DNA of 62,167 nucleotides, counting the filler, from Rhabdomonas costata (lineage: Eukaryota): the NCBI GenBank assembly GCA_019059605.1. It is 31 parts of 31 records of this genome, joined end to end, with 100 filler letters (N's around TTAATTAATTAA, not from the genome) between each part and the next. Parts side by side here need not be neighbours in the genome. Positions count along the whole stretch, not along the records: positions 22,095 to 24,003 come from JAHMHO010007500.1; positions 24,104 to 26,012 come from JAHMHO010007501.1; positions 26,113 to 28,021 come from JAHMHO010007502.1; positions 28,122 to 30,030 come from JAHMHO010007503.1; positions 30,131 to 32,042 come from JAHMHO010007504.1; positions 32,143 to 34,051 come from JAHMHO010007505.1; positions 34,152 to 36,060 come from JAHMHO010007506.1; 24 more parts are not named here. One strand, 5' to 3'. The notes under the pieces are model-generated. The model worked only from the letters and a program-made list of their open reading frames with translations, had not been told where the DNA came from and ran no database searches. Below are positions 22,293-34,156 of the stretch, in pieces. Position numbers and translations under genes: made by a program. Each line of letters starts with the position of its first letter. The stretch's first letter is position 1.

Positions 22293-23867
22293 ATACAGCA
22301 GCGTTGAGTATGCGTGGGTCGCGCTGGCGATGAGCGCGGCGCTGGTCACGTTTGAGGACCCGATGAACGCGAAGGTTGCGGTGCGTTCCCTGGCGAACGT
22401 ACGGGTTTTCCAGGACATTCCTCTGAGCCTTGCTCTGGCAGAGGAGCCTGCTCCCAAACCTCAAAGTAGTGCCGCGACCTCGGCCACGGGGAAATCTGGA
22501 CGCCACAATGCGGATGGCAATGGTCGAGCAAGTTCAGGCTCGCGCAGTCGGAAGGGGTCACGAAGCCGGTCTTCATCCCGCTGGAACAGGCGCAGCCCCG
22601 CCGCTGCAGAGTCAACGGAGGCCGCGGCGGCGGCGGCGGCAACAGGGACTCCGCCCGAGGAGGGGGAGCCGCCGGGGGAGGTTCTGGTGGGGCTGCACCG
22701 GAAGTGGCTGCTGACTCGGCCTCGGAAGGTGGAGCTGAGGCGGGTCCTGACCGATTTGGTGCTGAAATACCTGCGATGGTATTGTCCGCCACCACCACCT
22801 GAACTGTGTACTTCGGAGCAAAAAAAAATTGGGTGGGAAATATTTGGTTTTGGTTTGTGTTTTTACCTGGAAATGAGTTTTGGTTCTTTTTGTCCTGTTC
22901 GTTGTTGTTCTGTTCTCTCTTCTCACTTTTGTGATGACGCAGGGCATTAGAGGAGTTCGTGCAGTTCTTGTGATTAAGTGTGTTGTGCTGAAAGCAGTGA
23001 TGGCACCTCTCAGTAGAAGTGATGACATGGGGTCAGAGGGTGCTGTTCGTTTCCTTGGAATCGAAGGACGACTCTGTTCACATGGATGCCCCCAAAAACC
23101 AAGTTAAGTTGCTGTGCCGCACTGAAACGGATGCCTCTCCCTCTGCTTTTTTTTTCCGATTTTTGGTTAGGAATAGCATGTGCCATTATGGCGTTGTGTA
23201 GTACCATGGCCTCCCGCTGGAAACCCCACACAGGTCGGCCGCCTCCCCGGACTCCGCCTCCAACCTGTGGTATGACTGCACCACTGGTGCGTCGGAGATG
23301 GCCGCACTGCGCGGGCGTCTGTGCAATGGCCGGCGCAAGGGGCTGCTCTCCCCTGCCGCGGCACAGAAGTTCCTGCAGCTGCTGGACTCCGTGGAGGTCC
23401 CAGTCCCAAGGTATTCCCCAGGAGATGCTGGCTGGGAGCCTTGGGGCAGAGACCACGCGGCAGGATAGCTGAGACAGGAGACGTTGTCAGGAGTGTTTAG
23501 GTGATTTCGTGGACTTCGGCGAGACATTTGTGAGGGGTGGGTCATTCAAATTACTTACCTCAGCTTCCCAAGGTTCCAGGTTCCACAACATGGATTGGTT
23601 CCACATCCCTCCCCAGTAAAAACCTGCATGGGGCTCTTATTCTGTGTATGGCTTCTTATTTCCCAAGGGAATAATAGAAGGTGTGAATTGCAAAAATCGG
23701 AGAGGGGGTAGTGGGAAAAAGGCGTACATTGTCTGATGGATGCTCTTGTTCTTTTTTGGCTGCTGTACAAACAATATTCGACCCACATGCGATTTCCCCA
23801 AAATACGACGCAGGTGCCGTCCGGGGTGCGAGTGACAATGGAGGCCCTGGCGCGGGCCGTGGGCACG
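22293..23867 (+). CDS. RRM-containing protein with an Arg/Ser-rich linker, 3 internal exons
   Basis: Exon 22293-22778 reads YSSVEYAWV..SAALVTFEDPMNAKVAVRSLANVRVFQDIPLSLALA (C-terminal half of an RRM), then SRSRKGSRSRSSSR. Exons 23234-23396 and 23814-23867 join in frame. Confidence 0.65.
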
Positions 23868-24638
23868 GTGAGGACCTCCCAACCCCCCACCGCGGAGGCC
23901 TGTCTCAGCCGTTAATTTATGGAGTTCGCACCCCCTGGTGTCTCCCCTGGTGGTTTTTCGTCACGTATGGACATTTTTATTACTTTTCCGAACCCCCACA
24001 AACNNNNNNNNNNNNNNNNNNNNNNNNNNNNNNNNNNNNNNNNNNNNTTAATTAATTAANNNNNNNNNNNNNNNNNNNNNNNNNNNNNNNNNNNNNNNNN
24101 NNNGGGGGTTTGTGCGGGGTTGGGCGGCAGGTGTTTGTTCACCACGGGAACGACGAACTCCTCCGGGGGAACAAACACCTGCCGCCCAACCCCGCACAAA
24201 CACGTACAGCCAGTACATGACGGTAACGCAAATCAACACTCATCCACTCGTTGAAGTTTGCCAATACGCATAAAAAAGAATAGCAAAGCGTTTCATTTTG
24301 CTTTTGAGAAAACCATAAGGTGAACAATGCACAAACCAATCACAAATCAACTGGGAGAGAAGGGAAAGAATCGCGTTGTGGTAGGGGACAAGGCCGGAAG
24401 CAGGGATCCAGAGATCCCAAATCCTTGATGATGGTTGATGAAGAATATATGGGTGATGATGGTTGGGTTTTCTCTTCACATAAAGCGACATAAAGGAAGC
24501 ATGCTGGCGCAAAACAACCGCACACGAATTTAACCCAGTGCACCACCATCAGTCAAAGATATCCGGTGCTGGTGGTCATCGAGGTACCAAGCACAAAAAG
24601 CATACGGTACTCTACACTGACCCCCACCCCCAATCAAC

Positions 24639-25480
24639 CTGCCTTCCCCGGAGAGTCTCCACAAAGCTGCTGATCGACATGCTCTGGCCGTCTCCCTCCT
24701 TGTCGAAGTGAGCAAACAGCTTCCTGACCTCCTTGTCGCTGAAGGCGAACCCCAGCTTCTGCAGTGCCGCGGTGAAGTCCACCAGGGGCAGGGTGCCGCT
24801 GTTGTCCTTCTCCATCTTCCGCAGAGCCTGCGAAGAGGGCATGCCGGGGAGGGGGAGGGCATGGGATACGAAACTGGAAACGGTGTAGGGACGAATACGG
24901 CGCAATGAAGCGCTCGCGTCAAGTACTCTGAATTCTTAGAAAGGACCGGGACAGCCCCAAACCGAAATGGAAAACAACAGGTAAGACTAGAAATGCAAAG
25001 CACAGCACCACAAGCAGCAAAACCCATTTACAGCATTTTTCGCAGTGGGTTTGACGAAGATGCGAATTCCCGGACCATGGATCCAGGCTGCTTATCTTTG
25101 ACGTTCTTCGAATCGTGACGTCGTTTTACGTATACCTTTCCCAAGAATAAACGGAGTTCACCCAACAGATTTGCAGAAAACGACTTTGCGCAGGGTGCAG
25201 TTCGTTATTTGAGGGGTTTGGCGTTACCCAAGGTCACCCAAAAGCCACCATTAAACAGCGCGACCCAAACAGAAAACACAAGAAAAAGTCCAAGTAGAAA
25301 GCAAAACCTGAAAAAAAAAAACGAAAAAGAAAACAGAGTTCACATACCCGATACAGGCTGACAGTGCCTTGCACCTTGTTGGGCTGCAGAGGCCCGTAGC
25401 AAGCTTCCACGAGGACCTGCAGGAGCTCCTGAAGGAACACAACAACCGCGACAAGGGGCGGCGGCTTTTGTCTTGGAACC
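24639..25480 (-). CDS. EF-hand protein (calcyphosin-like), internal exons
   Basis: An exon ending at 25348 (..VQGTVSLYR|) joins exon 24827-~24639: ALRKMEKDNSGTLPLVDFTAALQKLG..EVRKLFAHFDKEGDGQSMSISSFVETLRG, a degenerate EF-hand pair. The outer boundaries are approximate. Confidence 0.7.
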
Positions 25481-26140
25481 CACCCTTCACCCGCTGGGTG
25501 CCCACAACGGCGTATGTTGAATAGGGTCTCGACAACACGGTGCCCTTCTTCGCAACAGAAGCCCCCCGCCCCCGTGGGTATGTTTGTGGGTGTGTGGGTC
25601 AACCTCCAGAGGGCGGTCCGAGGTCGCCTCGCAGCCCCTGGTCTGCTGCTCAAGCTCGTTGAAGGTCACTCCTCCAACTCCCCCGCGGCACATGTAGCTG
25701 AGCAAAACAGCAGGGAAACAGCTAAGCTTTGGCTTCAGGAGCAAAACCATCTGTCAGGTCACCATGCACTTTTCAGACCTACGAAAAGGCCACCCAATGC
25801 GGACACAGTCACAACACCACAACCCCTTCAGTTGGGTTCAAGGTGTTGAGATGTCACTTGGACCAATCATAAAACGTCTCTTGGCTCAAACATTAAACTC
25901 AGTGATTCAGAAAACTACAATTCCTCCACCGGTAACCAACCCCTTCAAAAATTCAGGCAAGTTGTACCGGAAAAGCCGCCCAATATCAGCCTGAGTCATC
26001 ACCACCCCACCCNNNNNNNNNNNNNNNNNNNNNNNNNNNNNNNNNNNNNNNNNNNNTTAATTAATTAANNNNNNNNNNNNNNNNNNNNNNNNNNNNNNNN
26101 NNNNNNNNNNNNGTGTTGGGTGTGGTTGGGGGTGTTGGTT

Positions 26141-27739
26141 CCTTTGATAGAAATCGCGTGGAGGCTGCCGTTGCTCAGGAAGGGTTTCACAGCCTCATTC
26201 ACCAGCCTCTGCAAATGAGACCGGGGGCAGAAATAAAAAGGCCCTGACCCTTTTTATGTGATGATACGTTCCAATGACATCCACATGACTGCAAACAGTG
26301 CGTTTTGAAATCAGACCACCCGCCGTCAACCAACAACCCCGTAACCCGTAACCTGAAGGGGAAATGTTGCTGTTGAAATGCTACGATTGGCCTATGGCCC
26401 TGCCCATCGACAGACCATTGCCTCCTCCTCGTTCACTTCTTGTTTTTGTTGCGAATTCCTGTGATGTGCTCTCTGACAGCCTGACTTGTTCGTTCAGTTT
26501 TTTTAGCACGAACTTCTGGATGGTGTCTGAGTTTGGTCTCTTTTGTGTCCTTTATGATGAACTCCCTAATTCAGGGGTAGTGAACAATTGCCTGTTTGTT
26601 GAGCACCTCTTCCGACTGCTGTAGAATTATCAGGGACAAAAAATATCTGGTGTGCATACATCAGTATTTTTGTATTTAGATCAGCGGTCACATCTGCCGC
26701 CAAGTGAAGTCCTTGATATACATACTTCTCGGCAGAGACTCCTCCACCGCAAACGACCGGCACACCTGGCGGTCCAGGATGGACTTGCCCTCAAACAGCG
26801 GGCTGACCACCAGCACCTCGGCCCGCAGCCCAGAGCAGGTCCCAGCCATGTCGGCAACCTCCTATGAAAAGCACCCAAACTACGTGAAAAAAAGCTCAAA
26901 TGGCGCGAGAAAAGGGCACCGTCATGCACGGCACATTGGAAGGGCTGATGTTCTTTTTTCGACAAAGTATTCTCACCGCAGTCTGCGATTGAATGAAGAG
27001 AAAACTCTGCATCCAGCGGAAGCTCCCACGAACATCGAAACATCGACTCCACCACAGGGCACTGGAAGATGAACGGGGTAGTACTGAAGAACCAAGGAAC
27101 AGTGAAACCGATAATGGTTGCACTGTACAATAACAGGAACACAACCCTGCCAGACATACAGCATAGCACTGACGATATGGACCCCCATAAAAGGTCGAAA
27201 AACCCACCTACACACAAAAGAAAGAAAGGTTCATTCGAGTAGTCCATCGCTCCTGTGGCGGTTCAAAGAGCAATTGCTTTGCTCCTGCCAATCGAACATC
27301 GTGGCACAGGGCACAGTCAAAGTTCAGCGCTGACTTGCGCAAAGAGAAGGGGTAAAAAAGGCAGGAAAGGAAAACTCAAACGCGTAGAAAGGAAAAGAGG
27401 ACAGAAAAGGAGGAAAGAGTTATTCCATTACGGATGGGAAAAATAATAGAGGAATGGAGAGGACGGATTCGAAACTCAGCGAGGAATGAGCACATAGGAC
27501 GCAGGGATGAGGGTGAGTTCGTGAGCTGGGGAAGGGAACGTATAGGAGGATACCTAAGAGGATACCTTATGGTGGTGATGGTATAAAAATGCGTGCACAC
27601 GATACCAGTCTGTGCATGGGGCAAGTTGGGTGGTGGGTCTGTTTTGAAAGCGCAGAGCACGCACAAATACCACATGCGTGGCCTGAAGCTCCTTGACCAG
27701 CGCCTCTTTCAGCTGCTCCGTTGTGAGCCCGGCCTCCAT
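26141..27739 (-). CDS. BOLA2: BolA-family protein (BolA2/Fra2-like), 3 exons, nearly complete
   Basis: Exons 27739-27671 (MEAGLTTEQLKEALVKELQATHV), 26861-26766 (EVADMAGTCSGLRAEVLVVSPLFEGKSILDRQ) and 26208-~26141 (RLVNEAVKPFLSNGSLHAISIK). The Cys-loop and LHA His putative Fe-S ligands are retained. Confidence 0.88.
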
Positions 27740-28121
27740 TCACCGTGGCTTGAGCTGGCAAAGCACTCAGTTCTCCACCCCAAAAAAACGGGAAACAGAG
27801 TCAACTCAGGAAGAACAACTGAACGAATAAAAAGAACAAAAAAACAAAAGAAGAAAAAACAAGAGAAATGCACAGGCAGATGAGCAATAAATGTAGGTCA
27901 GCATTTGCACAGAGTCAGCAAACCTGGTGACGGGCAATGCAGGACAGTGTGGCGGTCCCAGAAAGGCTGCATAATACTAACAACCCACAGCCGCTCGAAA
28001 TTCCCTCTTCAAAACAACACCNNNNNNNNNNNNNNNNNNNNNNNNNNNNNNNNNNNNNNNNNNNNTTAATTAATTAANNNNNNNNNNNNNNNNNNNNNNN
28101 NNNNNNNNNNNNNNNNNNNNN

Positions 28122-28433
28122 TGTGTTTTGGGCAGGATCGCTGCCTCTGCAGAGACAGCGATCCTGCCCAAAAGCTCGGTATAGGCAGACAGTAGAAGGC
28201 TGCCATCGACGTCGGGAGTGACGAGGGACTGAGCGAAATGCAGGACCTTCGCGTACAGGCGGTCCTGATCGGAGAGATGGGGGTGGGCAAGAAGAAGCTC
28301 CAGGGCGGCCAAGGAGATGGTGTCGGGAAGAGTGGGAGGAACCTGCGGGGCGAGAGAAAGGGTGAGGGCGGCGAACTTCGCCTCAAGGTCGAGCTTGGAG
28401 GCAGAGAACTGCGTCTGTAGCTCGACGTGATCT
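28122..28433 (-). CDS. Hypothetical helical protein exon (partial)
   Basis: Open, GC3-rich frame DHVELQTQFSASKLDLEAKF..LLGRIAVSAEAAILP after a candidate AG. No family recognised. Confidence 0.45.
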
Positions 28434-30489
28434 ACTGAACAGCAGCGAGGATATGCTGCAAGACGGTGTTGGGATCCGTCATCGGCAAGCCCAAAAGAGG
28501 CAGTGACACGTGTCAACAAAAAGAATGATGCCGGTGGGAAAGAGAGAGAGAGAGAGAAAACATCAGTTTTTACGGTCAATCTGAACCTTTGCATAACAAA
28601 GCCAATGGCAGACATCAAGCGCATCAATACGACAAAACGTCCAACCAACCTTTGTCGCCTCATAGCACTTTTCCCGATCTGCTCGACACGTTGAATTTAG
28701 CGCGAAACCTTCGGCAATGAACTTTCTTAATCCACCCTACCTTACGTTTCCGTGTTTTTTTTTGAAACCGTATTTTCCGCAAGGCATCGAGCGCCTGGTG
28801 GGGGACAGAAAAGTTTCCCATTCCCCCATTCCCCCGTGGTGAGCTGTTGGGGTGGGGGATGCTGTGCGCGGGTGGTGCTCTTCCTCCTTGGTGTCGGAAC
28901 CCGCGCGCGGATGGGTATTGGAGCTGGGGCTCTGGCGTCCTTTGGGTCCTGTCCTCCTCCACCGGCGGTTTCTCCTTTCTCCGCTTTTGCTTCTTGGTGT
29001 CCCCCTGTGCTCTGGCTGGCCGACATGTAGTCAAGCACGGGTATGCTTTGGTTTCAATTGAGTTCAAAATTGGGTTCAATTGAGCTCAAAATTACGTGAA
29101 GCAAGGTCTGAAATAGCGCAATCACTTGACATCATTTGGCGGAACACGAACTAGGTTTTTTTTGTGACTGTAGCTTGTGGGCTACTTTATCTGTTTCCGC
29201 GCTGGACGCACCCAACACCAGTGCTCTGAAACGGGCGTTGGGCAAAGGCTCGGGATTTTCGTCCACAAAAGGGTTCAGCCGCCTATATCCCACAAACAAG
29301 GACTACCCCTCCATAGGAGCATTGTCTTCCTTGGCTGGATCTAGATGTGTGTTGCTCTTTGAGAAAGGGTTAGCATCCCGGCCAGTTTCTCATGAAAATC
29401 GGCCAAGCGACTAACGAGCTGCAGCAAACAATGAGAAGAGAGAGGTATCGTCAACATAGCAGCAGGTGTCTTCATACGATAACAAGCCTCCCCATTGCCG
29501 TCAAGAAGCAGGAAGGCAGAGAGATAAATACACTCTCTCTCATCCAGGGAACAGTACTGGAAAGGCCTGCACTTGGTGTCGGAACCCGCTCGCGTGTGAT
29601 TGCCGTGATTTCGAAGTTGTACTAAGGTACGTGCCTGATACCCCACTTGCCTGCGTTCGTGAGGTCCCGTGTTCTTTGCCGGTCGTATGCTACGCTGGCA
29701 TACTCCCTAGATGTAGCGGTTCGTGGGCTTCACCGCCATTTAGCCTCTGAAACGCAGTTTCCTGCGTTTCACTCCAAAACCATTCTCTCTCTCTTCTTTT
29801 TCATCAGGTCCGGCGGCGTGGGGCTGCCACGTATTCGTCCACGACACTCCGGTAAAAGCCAGTCCTAAAAAGCTTTTCACTACCGTCGGGTTCTTTAGCT
29901 TCGTCTATCGCCATGAGCTTTCTTGGATGTTGCCTGATTCCATGCTAAATCTTTGACGGCGGCACCCACCGGGATATCCTAAAGAAAACTACTTGGTTTC
30001 CTTGCGGAAACCTCCGTTTTTCTAACAACCNNNNNNNNNNNNNNNNNNNNNNNNNNNNNNNNNNNNNNNNNNNNTTAATTAATTAANNNNNNNNNNNNNN
30101 NNNNNNNNNNNNNNNNNNNNNNNNNNNNNNTTCGGAGTATTGTGTCGTTCTTGGTGGTGCGGGTGGTGCTTTGGTTCTTGGCGGGTTTGTTGGTTCGGAT
30201 TCTGTCGCTGGTGTGGGTACGTTAGGGTTGCTGTAGTTCATGGTGTGCTTGGTGTTGCGCTTGACATGGCCTCGATTTCGCTTGGTGGATTTGTTACATG
30301 ATTAGTTCTGCACGCTCTCTACGTTGTTGGCCTTCCTGTTGGTGCTAGATCTCTCTGTGTCTGCTGCTGGGTTCCTGTCTCCGGTGCTACGTTCTATCCT
30401 ATCCGGCTTTGTGCTCCCAAGTTAGTCTCCAGGTCTCGGGTTCCTTACGCGTGTGTGTGTTCTTCTTCTTCTTCTTCTTAGCGTATGTA

Positions 30490-30720
30490 TGGTGTAGTGT
30501 AGTGTAGTAGCGTAGTGTAGTGTAGTGTAGGGTAGTGTAGTGTAGTGTAGTGCTGTAAGGGTTAGCGTTAGGTGTCAGGGTTTGTGTCAGGGTCAGGGTT
30601 TGTGTCAGGGTCACGGTTTGTGTCAGGGTCCGTTTCAGTGTTCGTCAACCATGCTCACTCTCAACCATGCCGTATCCGTTAACCATGCCGTATCCGTTTC
30701 TGTCAACCATGCTCTCTGTC
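30490..30720 (+). repeat. Cluster of short tandem repeats: (TAGTG)n, telomere-variant 18-mers, AACCATGC 18-mers
   Basis: (TAGTG)n at ~30492-30552. GGGTTAGCGTTAGG, then GGGTTTGTGTCAGGGTCA about three times at ~30572-30630. AACCATGCCGTATCCGTT-like units at ~30647-30716. Confidence 0.8.
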
Positions 30721-31312
30721 TCAGGTGTTGTGCCTCAGGTTGTCTTAGCGTTGGGTGGCGGTAGTGTTGGGTTTGTGCTGTTGTTGGTCCGATGCTGTGG
30801 GTGGATGTGGTGTTGAGGTTCTGTGGAGGGCTGGTGTGTTGGTAGTCGGAGTGTGCTTGTTGGCTGTGCTTGTTGTGGGCTACTGTAACCATGCTCTCTC
30901 TGTCTTTGCCTCTGTCTGTGTTGCTGTATGGTTCTGGTGTGGATGCGTAGGGTGTGATGTTGGTTGTTGAGGCGATGCGCTAGTGCTTTTGTGTGTTCCT
31001 GATGTCAAGCTGGGTCGTATGGTGTGTGTGGATGCTGAACTGGAGGGTGTGACGTTGTGTGGAGCTTGCGTTGATTGTGCCTGTGGTGTTCTTGACTGTG
31101 TTGGTGCTGCGTATGTTGACTCCGATGCCTTTCTGCCTTCCTGCGTTTCTGTCTCCAGCGTTTCTGTCTCCAGGCCTTTTGCTACAACCATGCTCTCTAC
31201 CAGTGTTTGTGCTACGGTGTGTGTTACTCGATGCCTTCCGTGTTGTTTGACGTGTGGATTTACGACGTGTGCGATGCCCTTACAACCATCGCTACGAGGT
31301 CCTACGGGGGAG

Positions 31313-31450
31313 GGGTGACCCCAAAAAAAGATTAACAACCAAAATATAATTTGGTTTCAGGACGAAATCAACCCACACACACCTATTTAGAACGCACTAA
31401 AATACCCAAGAAAAAGACAAATCAAAAGAGCTTCCTTGCTTTGGCCCCCT
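31313..31450 (+). repeat. Dispersed repeat, copy 1 (homologous to 35676-35792)
   Basis: The blocks CCCCAAAAA(AA)GATTAACA, GGAC.AAATCAACCCA.ACAC.CC.ATTTAGAACGC and GCTTTG.CCC occur in the same order in two unrelated contigs. Confidence 0.7.
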
Positions 31451-31806
31451 TTTCCTCCATGCTCCATTCCCGCATGTAGTGAAGAAAGGGTTCATCCCAA
31501 AGACCACACAGTAAAAAAATTAATAAACCCAATGACTCGGGTACCATTGCGGTCAAAACATCTCGCATTCATGGAGCGACCATCCCGGTTATCGGTTGCC
31601 AATCTGGTTCGTGACACCTCGGTACCTAAGATCCGTGCGTTTGCAAGCTAACCATGCCGGGTTTGAGGATCGAATAATAATGGGACTATTTACTATGATG
31701 ACGATTAGTACGTAGTTCTTTGGCTTGACAAAAGTCCGGAAGACTGGTTTGTCTCCCCCCCCAAAAAAAAGAAGGCCGTGGAAGGGGCACGCGCCCGCAC
31801 ACACAC

Positions 31807-32012
31807 ATGGCGCCTTGGCGCGGTGTGCTGTGGCGTGTACTTGTGCTGCTTGTTCTGCACACCTGTTGGTTTTTTGGCGCGTTTACGGTGCTGCTGTTCG
31901 TGCTGGACGACACGACGGGCATCGGGGTGAGAGTGTGCGCCGTGCCCATCCACACACACACCTCAAAAGATAAAGTCCTCGAGCATGGGCAGAAGACGGC
32001 GGACTTCTGCAC
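31807..32012 (+). CDS. Possible first exon of a membrane or secreted protein
   Basis: MAPWRGVLWRVLVLLVLHTCWFFGAFTVLLFVLDD gives a hydrophobic N-terminus with GC3-rich codons. The exon end is uncertain. Confidence 0.35.
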
Positions 32013-32146
32013 CGTGTACACATCCTTTCCTTTCACAACACANNNNNNNNNNNNNNNNNNNNNNNNNNNNNNNNNNNNNNNNNNNNTTAATTAATTAANN
32101 NNNNNNNNNNNNNNNNNNNNNNNNNNNNNNNNNNNNNNNNNNCTAG

Positions 32147-33159
32147 GTACCCTGGGCCGTCAAGGGCGTCCACCTGTCCTTGAGGTGTGCCGATGGGCGG
32201 CAACCAGCTTTCGTTTCGGATGTAAATTACCTGGTGGCTTTCTCTTGTTATCTGTTGATGAGGAAAACCCACTCCGGACTACAGCCACCCGCCCCTCCCG
32301 CCCCTCTTCAACCATGTGCTCCTTTATATGTAATTTTGGTTCTCCTACACAGACACCGTCTCATCTTGATAGCACCAATACGGCGTGGGCTGAAAAGACA
32401 GTGTGATCGCTCTGCTTTGAAATATTGCAGATTTTTTGTGCAGGCACAGCTTTGATCTGCTTCATTTGGCTCGCTCTGTGACTCCTGACTGTCTGTCTGT
32501 TCTTTGCAGAGGATGGAGTCCCTGCTGACTGAATACGGCAAGGAGTATGTGGTAATTTTACTCTCAGAGATCTTCCCGCACAAACTGCAGCTGCTGGAGG
32601 GCATCGACGCGTGTGTTCTTGTTCCTTCTTGTTCCCTTCTGTCTTCCCACGCTTTTTTTTTTTTTTACGAATGCAACCCGAGGCAGTCCAGCAACTGCAG
32701 CATGAAAAGGAATGCGGTGACCTTTCGTATGGGGCATGCTTTCCGTGCTTTAGGTTTGTGCAGGTGGCCTGCCCCAGGCTGTCAATTGACTGGGGCCACG
32801 CCTTCAAAAAGCCGCTGCTGACTCCTTATGAGGCCGAGGTATCCCACTCCGCTGCAACTTCGCTTTGTTGCATCCAGACTGTCCCCGTTGAGACGGATAC
32901 TGATGGTGCATAGAATATGGTTTGCCAACCACGCCACTCCATACGCACTATCTGGTGCTACATGTACTTTCGCCCTAGATTTGCCATTCTCCTGCTCCTT
33001 TTTCTGCTGCAGGTATGCTTAGGTGCGGCGGAGTGGGCTCCAGCCGGGCGATACCCCATGGACCATTATTCGGGCAGTGGAGGGCCATGGGCGGCGTACT
33101 CGAAGCCCGCTTCTGCGTCTGCTTCCAAACCGCCTCCTCGTGATTGTAGCTCGCTTTGA
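32147..33159 (+). CDS. DPH1: Diphthamide biosynthesis protein 1, last 4 exons
   Basis: Exons 32147-32184 ([13 protein letters not shown]), 32510-32610 (..[13 protein letters not shown]), 32754-32838 ([23 protein letters not shown]) and 33013-33159 (..[10 protein letters not shown]..stop). All are GT-AG and in phase. Confidence 0.96.
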
Positions 33160-34156
33160 CAAATCCTCAGTTCGACTGCACATGTACTGCTTGATCAGCT
33201 GAATCAGTGACCTGTAATGTTTCACACCATTCTTTCTCAGCTCTTCTTCAACGTCTCACCGAGTTATTTTCGGGCCCTATCCTTCCTGTCTGCCCTGCAA
33301 CCGCTCGTTTGAGCCGAGGAGTGGTACTAGAAAAGAAAGGAAGAGTTGCAATATTTTGGTGTGGTAATCTGACACGCTCAGTTTGCGGAGCATGTCTTCC
33401 TTCAGGTTGAAGCACCATTCTGGAACTACTGGCGAACCGAATAAAACGTCCGTAAGGGCGTCAGCGGCACCTTTGCAACCCTTGGGAACGCATAGCAGAC
33501 TGGGTTTGTCTTCGTTGGTTTGAGCTCCGATGGTTTCTTTTGGCAGATTCGTTCTTGATTCCATTTATTCTTTTTGCTTTTGCTCGTATTTTTCTTGCTT
33601 TTTTTTTGTTGCCCTTTGGGGTAGACTTATTCATCGAGCGGGCGTTATTGTGCATGCTTCTCGGTTTTTGAGATGTCGTGGATACAACATCTGAACACCA
33701 GCGATCTATCTTCGATATCGTTCGACTCCACGGATCCTTGTGTATGGCAGGTTGGCGCGTGCTGAGTGAAGGGCATTGGGCTCGTGCATTGTGCACGTGA
33801 ATTTCAAGCGACAACTTATTCGCTGAGTGACTTCCCACATGGGCCCCCTCGGACTGTAACTTCACCGGAGCACCTGGCACGGGTACTATAACTTGAGCTA
33901 GACTGGCCGATTGGGGCGCACACTTGGTGGAATGGCAGTAGTCCTCACACGAGTTTACTGGCAGCCTCCCCTCCTGGGGCCATGGGTCATGCCCAACAAA
34001 CAAACCGACAAACAAAGTGCGGGTTTGAACCGTAATAGGTGCCCCGCCCCANNNNNNNNNNNNNNNNNNNNNNNNNNNNNNNNNNNNNNNNNNNNTTAAT
34101 TAATTAANNNNNNNNNNNNNNNNNNNNNNNNNNNNNNNNNNNNNNNNNNNNTGTGG

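Noticed and set aside
30880-31338. Thr-rich and Val/Cys-rich ORFs
   Set aside because: They are a by-product of the G/T strand skew, with no splice or homology support.
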